Below, in pieces: positions 58,101 to 64,000 of a DNA stretch of 64,000 bases (the first letter of the stretch is position 1; every line of letters starts with the position of its first letter). Under the pieces are notes generated by a model. The model was not told the origin of the DNA and made no database searches. It worked only from the letters and a program-made list of their open reading frames with translations. A program made the position numbers and the translations under genes. The DNA is from Candidatus Aenigmatarchaeota archaeon (GTDB lineage Archaea; Aenigmatarchaeota; Aenigmatarchaeia; QMZP01), in contig JACPNN010000005.1 in assembly GCA_016185435.1 (NCBI GenBank), forward strand, positions 22,588-86,587. Direction: 5' to 3'.

Positions 58101-59456
58101 TCACCTGTACCCTTTTTTCTTCCCCACATACTCCTTCCTCGAGCCCGCATACCCCACATCGCCTGTCCCGTAGAGGCTGAGGCCTTCTCCCATGCTGCTG
58201 CCTTTGGACGCATATCTGTCCTCCTTTTCTGATGCGGCCTCCTGCTGCCATGTGACCTTGAATGTATCCTTCACCTCATAGGGATTATCTATATGGAAAG
58301 GGGCTGGAGTGGAAATGCTCGTATGGAATTTCCAGAGGACATTCCCGTCCATCGAGAGGGCATACAGGTTGCCGTCCCAGCCGCCGAAGATTATCTTTTC
58401 TCCCGCGACAGTCGGCGTGCCCACAACCAGCGATCTGGTGTTGAACTTCCATTCCAGATGGCCTGTCTTTGCCTTCACAGCATACAGATTGTTGTCAGCA
58501 GAACCGAAAAATAAAAGTCCGCTGCCAATATCGGACCCTATCCCAACCCACTCGTTTGTCGTGAAGGTCCAAAGGCGGCTGCCTTCCAGGGAAACAGCAT
58601 GCATCACCCCGTCCCTTCCGCCAAGGTATACGGCATCTTTTGTGACAAGCTGGCCATTGTCCTGCGGAGAATTAGTCGGATACTTCCATATCAGCTGCCC
58701 ATTTCCGGCATCCACCGCATAGAGGTTCTTGTCGAAGGAGGAGAAGTAGACAACACCGTCCTGATACGAGACCCACATGATTATTTCCCCCTTTGTAGGG
58801 AAGGTCCATAAGAGCCCTCCATTCTCATCCACAGCATATAAGTTGTAGTCGTAGCTGCCGAAATATATCACTCCGTTGCCGTATGCGGGCCCTGAAGACA
58901 CAGGCCCCTTTGTCCTGAAGGCCCACTGCTTTTCACCATCAGAATTGACAGCGTAAAGGTTCTTGTCCTGCGAGCCGAAACAGATCATATCATCCACAAC
59001 CAGAGGCTTGCTGAATATCTTTCCTGTGGTCCCGAATTTCCAGAGCAGATTCCCCTCAAGGTCAAGGGCATAGAGGATGTTGTCATAGGAGCCAAAATAC
59101 ACCGCTCCTCCCGCAACTGTTGCATTCCCGCATATTGGCCCCTTTGTAGCAAACCTCCACAGTTCCTGCCCTTTCTCTGTCAGGCAGTAGAAGTTCTTGT
59201 CGCATGCGCCAAAGTATATCCTCCCATTGCTCCACTGCGGCTTGGATTCAATGCTCCCACCTTCTCCTATCTCCCAGTTCAAGGTCTTGCCTGAAGTGAC
59301 TGCCTGCAGCACCATATCGACAAGCTGGAAGCTGCCGAAGCCGCTGACATCGGCCGACAGCGAGGGCCCTGATGTGCCGGTCCCATATGTCTGGTAGCGC
59401 ATATATATGATTGTTTTTGCTTCTTTAAAATATCGCATCTGTCTGCTACTATCCAC
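58101..59456 (-). CDS. PQQ-like beta-propeller repeat protein (BamB/YVTN-like)
   Basis: Repeated NLYA(V/L)...G...LW(K/T)F motifs (PQQ-enzyme-repeat-like). Confidence 0.75.
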   Translation of the reverse strand: MDSSRQMRYFKEAKTIIYMRYQTYGTGTSGPSLSADVSGFGSFQLVDMVLQAVTSGKTLNWEIGEGGSIESKPQWSNGRIYFGACDKNFYCLTEKGQELWRFATKGPICGNATVAGGAVYFGSYDNILYALDLEGNLLWKFGTTGKIFSKPLVVDDMICFGSQDKNLYAVNSDGEKQWAFRTKGPVSSGPAYGNGVIYFGSYDYNLYAVDENGGLLWTFPTKGEIIMWVSYQDGVVYFSSFDKNLYAVDAGNGQLIWKYPTNSPQDNGQLVTKDAVYLGGRDGVMHAVSLEGSRLWTFTTNEWVGIGSDIGSGLLFFGSADNNLYAVKAKTGHLEWKFNTRSLVVGTPTVAGEKIIFGGWDGNLYALSMDGNVLWKFHTSISTPAPFHIDNPYEVKDTFKVTWQQEAASEKEDRYASKGSSMGEGLSLYGTGDVGYAGSRKEYVGKKKGYR

Positions 59457-59495
59457 TTAAGCCTTTAAAAGCCAGCACATATTAATCTTATCCAT

Positions 59496-59512
59496 GGCCT
59501 CGTTGGTGTAAT
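59496..59512 (+). pseudogene. orphan duplicate of the first 17 nt of tRNA-His, fused to an intron-type palindrome module
   Basis: ggcctcgttggtgtaat is identical to 59617..59633, followed directly by ccgccctctttttccaaaaaagagggcaggttgcccagaaaaagg. Confidence 0.6.
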
Positions 59513-59616
59513 CCGCCCTCTTTTTCCAAAAAAGAGGGCAGGTTGCCCAGAAAAAGGAATTACATGTACTAAACATGCAATTTCAACTAATACGAGACCT
59601 GAACAATAAGGCATAT

Positions 59617-60072
59617 GGCCTCGTTGGTGTAATGGAAGCACAGAAGCCTGTGGGCCACCCTCTTTTTCCAAAAAAGAGGGTAGGATATCCAGAAAAAGGC
59701 AATGCAGATGTCGTAAGTAATAACAAATTACGGCATGGCTGCTGGGGGTTAATAAGGGCTGCTCATCATGAGTGATGGCATGCCTTCGCAAGAGCGAAGC
59801 GCACCGCTGGAGGCCCCTTTCGTATAAGCTCAGCAGGAAGCAAGGGGTACTATGGGGATGCGCAGCCTTTGGCTGGCATGCCTTCGCTTCAGCGAAGTGC
59901 ACAGCATGTCCCCATGCAGAAAGCTTCTAGCCTGGGTTCAAATATAGGCTTTTCTTTTGAAAAGAAAAGCCCATTCGGCAAAAGAAACATAATACATCTG
60001 TTGAATGGGTCGATAGCCCATTCGGCAAAGAAAACAGATACCGGATGTATATTGAAAATCCCAGACGAGGCC
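59617..60072 (+). tRNA. tRNA-His(GUG) with two introns (59654..59921 at 37/38, ~268 nt; 59944..60059 in/after the T-loop)
   Basis: G-1 paired to C73 (His identity element). Acceptor gcctcgt/acgaggc, D gtgt/gcac, anticodon stem gaagc/gcttc with loop ctGTGg|a, T-arm ctggg-ttcaa|at-cccag. All stems are perfect only after removing both inserts. Confidence 0.55.
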
Positions 60073-60180
60073 CATTCTTTTTTTAGCTGCATTACGAAAA
60101 TTTCTCTATCCTATGGTTGTAAAATTCTTTTGCTATCCTGATGCATTACATTTATTATACATAAATACTACATATGTAAT

Positions 60181-61140
60181 ATGAATGTAATGCGAAAGAA
60201 AATCTTTGCGCTATCCGTCATTTTTGCCGCACTTATAGTGTCGCATGCATCTTCTTTACCATCCTTTGTCAATCCGGGCATAGACCCGGGCATGACAATC
60301 TTCACCATCGAGGAGAACCTCCTCAACAAGACAGCTTTTGGAGGCCTGAGGGAGGCAAGATACATTTTCAAAGGGGAAGGGGCGGAATATTTCATCCTCG
60401 CAAGGCATGCTCTGGGCAGCGGGAACATAGGCAATTCTTATGCGATAGTGGGGAATAAGGGAGCATTGTGTAACCCCAAAAATGATCTGACATTCAGGAA
60501 CGGGGCCAATCAGTCATACATCCTGAACAGGACAGGGACAACGTTCATAAACACAACTGACAAGTTGTTCCACTGCCTGTTCACCGTGCGTTCCGAATCA
60601 GGGAATCAGACACTCACCCTGGCCGTGAATTCTCTGCTGTCAGGCCATGGGGAGTCCAATTTCTCCTGGCTTTTCAACCCCTCCACATATCCATTGAATG
60701 TTAGTATCATATCCCTGGGCTATTTCAACAACGCCACAGGCCTCTTTCCGCCCCAGATAACAATCCTCAACAACAATTCCATAAGAGTCATGCTCTTCAT
60801 GAGCGGGACAGACCTTTATGGCAAAGGCCTGTGTCTGGGCGCAAAGAACTTCAACATAAGCAAAATAACATACAGGGCGACAAATGGAACGCTTGACAGC
60901 GGTTATGTGCCTATCAGGAAATTCAACCAGAACTTCGGCTGCACCCCTTCAGCATGCAAAACACTGGTATCAACCCCTAATGGCATTCCCCTCCACTCAG
61001 GCATAGATCCCTCGCATCCTCTGGGGCAGATTATAAATCCTGGAGCGACTGTTACCATCAGCCTGAACACCAGCCAGCCAGTATTATGCGCACAAGGATA
61101 CAACAGGGGATTGCTGAGATTCCATACCCTGCCGCTATAG
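60181..61140 (+). CDS. secreted N-glycosylation-rich hypothetical protein
   Basis: Signal peptide MNVMRKKIFALSVIFAALIVSHA; many N-x-S/T sequons. Confidence 0.5.
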   Translation: MNVMRKKIFALSVIFAALIVSHASSLPSFVNPGIDPGMTIFTIEENLLNKTAFGGLREARYIFKGEGAEYFILARHALGSGNIGNSYAIVGNKGALCNPKNDLTFRNGANQSYILNRTGTTFINTTDKLFHCLFTVRSESGNQTLTLAVNSLLSGHGESNFSWLFNPSTYPLNVSIISLGYFNNATGLFPPQITILNNNSIRVMLFMSGTDLYGKGLCLGAKNFNISKITYRATNGTLDSGYVPIRKFNQNFGCTPSACKTLVSTPNGIPLHSGIDPSHPLGQIINPGATVTISLNTSQPVLCAQGYNRGLLRFHTLPL

Positions 61141-61324
61141 GGCTGGGACATGGATTGAGCGACTTATGCGCTGTGATTTTATTCCGCTTTGTCATCCTAC
61201 AAAATAAATTCACACACACCCAGTAGTAAAATAAGTTCGATGTAGTGCGTTTTGCGATACCATTATAAGGCCTGGAAACAATCAGTTGGCATAAGAAGTA
61301 TTTCTACAAAAGGAGGGTCAAATT

Positions 61325-61861
61325 ATGAAAAAATCTAAACTTGCTCTGCCATTGGCAATTCTTGCCCTGTTTGCTGTCCTAGTTTCGGCAGCGGGCATGA
61401 TAGACACGACAATTTCAGCCTCTGCTTCAGGCGGCAGCCTGAACACCTACAAAGGCCTTGATCTCTCACTGGTTACGATGAAGAAGATCAGCTTTGATAC
61501 AGACGCTTTCCAGAGGCAGATGATCCCGAGCATGGCCATAAGCCAGCAGGCGAACAGCAAGCTTGAAGTCATGGGATGGGCGGGCATAGTTCCTTTCCAT
61601 TCAGTCACGAGCTCACATGGCCACGAGCTGCAGTTCACATGCAGCCAGTTCGCAGCCCAGCATCTGGAATGTACGGGCCCAGGAAAGCTTGATGTCAGGT
61701 CTTGGGATTACAGCATCAAGAGATGGGTTGTCGACATCTGGTTCCATGTCAACAAGGCGACAGGAAAGGCTGACTATGTGGCAAAGAACCATGATACAGG
61801 CGAAGTCCTTATAAATGTCACAGGCATGGATGTGGGCAAGTTCTGGTACAGGTCAGGATAA
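61325..61861 (+). CDS. secreted hypothetical protein
   Basis: Signal peptide MKKSKLALPLAILALFAVLVSAAG; RBS-like aggagggtca upstream. Confidence 0.5.
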   Translation: MKKSKLALPLAILALFAVLVSAAGMIDTTISASASGGSLNTYKGLDLSLVTMKKISFDTDAFQRQMIPSMAISQQANSKLEVMGWAGIVPFHSVTSSHGHELQFTCSQFAAQHLECTGPGKLDVRSWDYSIKRWVVDIWFHVNKATGKADYVAKNHDTGEVLINVTGMDVGKFWYRSG

Positions 61862-61884
61862 GTCCAATTCATTTTTTGTTTTTC

Positions 61885-62469
61885 TTATCTTGTTTTTGTT
61901 TTCCTAGTTTTTTCCTTCTCCCTCAGCTGCCTGTTTATCTTCCTGAGGGAGGGGCAGACGATCTTGATTTTATTGAATTTTTCCAGTTTCCTGTCATACT
62001 CAAAGGCCATGATCTTCATGTGGTACCTGTTCCCGATGTCCCCGACTATGCCTTTGTCCTTGGCCTTCCAGCCGTGGGCCTTTCTTTTGATCCTGTTCAG
62101 GACAACTAGGATGGTCAATGCCAGCCCGCCTTTCTTGACGTCCTTCTTGTCTGTGGGGCTAAGCCTGGATGGGAAATCCGGATGCGAATGGAAATCCCCG
62201 ACAACCCTCAGGTCAGTGAGGCGAGAGAGCACATAGTTGACCCTGTTGATCCTTATAGACGGGACATTGACATACTCATAGCCTCTTATCGCGCTCTGGA
62301 AATTAATCGCATCCCGCACCATGTAGTGCTTTTTGTGCTTCACCCCGATCAGGAGGCCAATTGCCTCTTTCTTGTAGACCTCAGTGCAGGCAGTGGCTAT
62401 GTCAATCAAGGCCCTTTCCGACAGCGTGAGGTTCCTTCTGAATGCAGGCATTAATATAAATGTGCACAT
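61885..62469 (-). CDS. JAMM/MPN+ metalloprotease
   Basis: E...HSHPx7SxxD motif: EAIGLLIG ... GDFHSHPDFPSRLSPTD. Confidence 0.65.
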   Translation of the reverse strand: MCTFILMPAFRRNLTLSERALIDIATACTEVYKKEAIGLLIGVKHKKHYMVRDAINFQSAIRGYEYVNVPSIRINRVNYVLSRLTDLRVVGDFHSHPDFPSRLSPTDKKDVKKGGLALTILVVLNRIKRKAHGWKAKDKGIVGDIGNRYHMKIMAFEYDRKLEKFNKIKIVCPSLRKINRQLREKEKTRKTKTR

Positions 62470-62570
62470 CCGTATAAAAAATGCCGATTATCTGCCAATG
62501 ATTTATTTCTGCAAGAGAAATAGAAAAGATCGAGATATGGAAACATATGAGAAGTTGTTAATCGAAACAA

Positions 62571-63869
62571 TCATTCCTGCTTTTCCTTGCCCTTCCTCTT
62601 CCTGCTGTTGTCCCAGGCAACATAGGCTATTGCCGCAGTGATGAGTATCACAAGCACCGCAACAAGCACAAATCCTGCACTTAGCTGCTGCTCCCCCTTA
62701 CCAGTCTCCTTTGTCTGAGGCTGCTCCCCAGGCAGGATTCCAGAGGGCTCTTGAGGGACAGAGCTTTCCGTCTCTTTCGGCGCTTCTGCGGGCGCGGTTG
62801 CAGATACGGGAACAGTTCCGGCAAACGGCGTAATGGTCACCTCTGCCTTGCTGTTGGCTATAGTCTTCAGAAATACGGCAAGGTCAAAGCTGCCGTCCCC
62901 GTCGAAGTCCTTCCTCTTCTCCTGGCCAATTCTCAGGCTGAAGACTTCCCATGATGAGGAAAGATTGAATGTGGCAGTGGTATTCGTAAGGTTTGCAAGC
63001 TTCAGCTGGTGCGCCTGGCCCTTGAGATTAAATTTGACAACATCTCCTTTGGCAAGCGATTGCGTCACAGATCTCAAAATCTCTCCCTTGTCATATGTGT
63101 TTGCTCCTCCTCCTCCGCCTCCGCCGCCTCCTGTGGTGCCTGTTCCAGGCGTTTCAGACGATGCTGCCGTCACGGTTACTGAAACTGTTTTTGTTATCGA
63201 GTCAGCGTTTGAGGGCGCTATGATGACTGTCAGCGTCTGCGCGCCAGTGGATGCGGAAGGCGAGACAGCGATGCTGCAGCTTATGCCGGCGCTCTGGCCA
63301 CCTGAGATTTCGGATGGGGAACATCCTGAAGAGACAGAGAAAATGCTGGGGGATACTGTTATTGTCCCGAACCTTGCGGAGGTCTCTCCGCTGTTCACGA
63401 TATTGAGGCTGAGAGCCAGGTTGGATCCCTGGGCCGCGCTCGCCGAACCTGGCGAAACAGTCGCTGATATGGAAGGGGCAGTTATGACATTGAAGGTGCT
63501 TGAGGTAGCGGTTTCAGGACTCCCCTGGCCGCTGATGGAAACAGAAATGGTTTGGCCGCTCAGCTTCTGAGAAATTACAGTAGTCGTCCATGAAACGGAT
63601 CCACTGCTGCTTGCGGTTTTTGTGAAGCTTTCCCCTGTCAGGCTGAAACCTGCGGGATATGATGTTATTATGGCCTGCGCATTGGCAGTAGCTCCTGCAA
63701 CAGAAACGGTGAAGACCCTGCCCTGCATGACTGAATTGGAATCAGCCCCCGACTGGGAAATGCTCACGCTCGCCGCCGCGAAAGCCAGCCCTGGCAAAAT
63801 CAAAGCTGCAGCCAGAATATATATCAGTATTTTCATGTTCACCATCCGCACACTCCTACGCAGAACCAC
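62571..63869 (-). CDS. Ser/Thr-rich cell-surface protein with C-terminal TM anchor
   Basis: Signal peptide, low-complexity S/T/G-rich body (poly-Gly run), C-terminal hydrophobic helix plus basic tail (RKRKGKEKQE). Confidence 0.6.
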   Translation of the reverse strand: MVLRRSVRMVNMKILIYILAAALILPGLAFAAASVSISQSGADSNSVMQGRVFTVSVAGATANAQAIITSYPAGFSLTGESFTKTASSSGSVSWTTTVISQKLSGQTISVSISGQGSPETATSSTFNVITAPSISATVSPGSASAAQGSNLALSLNIVNSGETSARFGTITVSPSIFSVSSGCSPSEISGGQSAGISCSIAVSPSASTGAQTLTVIIAPSNADSITKTVSVTVTAASSETPGTGTTGGGGGGGGGANTYDKGEILRSVTQSLAKGDVVKFNLKGQAHQLKLANLTNTTATFNLSSSWEVFSLRIGQEKRKDFDGDGSFDLAVFLKTIANSKAEVTITPFAGTVPVSATAPAEAPKETESSVPQEPSGILPGEQPQTKETGKGEQQLSAGFVLVAVLVILITAAIAYVAWDNSRKRKGKEKQE

Positions 63870-64000
63870 CTCTCATACGTCTCATTTCCTGCTGAAGCCT
63901 GGATGTTCAGCATGATCTGATAATTTCCGTCAGGCCATGTGCCTGCAGGGGCAGAAGCTATCTGCACAGGGGATACCCTGACCAGGCTGTAGCCGTATGA

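Noticed and set aside
1-64000. Looked for a CRISPR array (regular 25-40 nt direct repeats with unique spacers) and for rRNA genes.
   Set aside because: None seen. The only short, regularly recurring repeats are the intron-type palindromes and operator motifs, which lack CRISPR repeat-spacer periodicity.

Overview
The window is 64 kb of an archaeal chromosome at roughly 45-50% GC. The gene content (FtsZ, Lhr-type helicase, archaeal-type aaRS, class-III-signal pilins, split TadC/FlaJ, PD40/PKD surface proteins, many PIN/HEPN toxin modules) looks like a small-genome archaeon, possibly DPANN-like; I cannot verify the lineage.

Recognisable genes, in order:
- cysS, a giant PKD/Cys-rich surface protein, and an Lhr-family helicase.
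- Two MNT-HEPN pairs and four PIN (VapC) modules.
- An FKBP PPIase and ftsZ.
- purA and an HD hydrolase.
- A minus-strand cluster carrying the classical mevalonate pathway (MVK, PMK, MDD, Nudix-type IDI), with a HAD hydrolase, a Nudix hydrolase and a histidine phosphatase.
- An EamA transporter and TrmO/TsaA.
- A minimal [NiFe]-hydrogenase (large and small subunits) clustered with a thioredoxin-like protein and a thioredoxin-reductase homologue, plus a putative hydrogenase maturation protease.
- A presenilin/SPP-like intramembrane protease and a pilus locus (two pilins and a split TadB/TadC).
- A KaiC-like ATPase, trpS, a JAMM protease, and several secreted or anchored surface proteins.

The most unusual content is RNA-level:
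- Five tRNA genes (Thr-GGU, Trp-CCA, Arg-CCG, Leu-UAA, His-GUG) can only be reconstructed by removing very large introns (79-268 nt).
- Thr, Leu and His each carry two introns: one at the canonical 37/38 site and a second, non-canonical one inside the T-loop. Arg carries only a T-loop intron.
- Every intron begins with a 22-26 nt perfect A/T-rich palindrome of the form ccYTTTCTTTT-NN(NN)-AAAAGAAARgg, followed by a conserved tail (taggNtatccaRaRaaaagg...).
- The same module also occurs as solo copies and next to truncated tRNA fragments (a duplicated tRNA-Trp 3' half and a duplicated tRNA-His 5' end).
- Its central-loop variants (cc versus gg) are exact reverse complements of one another.

This looks like a previously undescribed intron-borne palindromic element family, or trans-pairing module, colonising tRNA genes.

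Other notable structure:
- Four TAAACA-N2-TGTTTA operators between a small wHTH gene and ftsZ.
- Paired palindromes flanking a TATA box upstream of an AAA ATPase.
- A 30-bp direct repeat that duplicates the helicase 3' end around an inserted MNT-HEPN cassette.
- Direct repeats of about 231 bp around a vapBC cassette.
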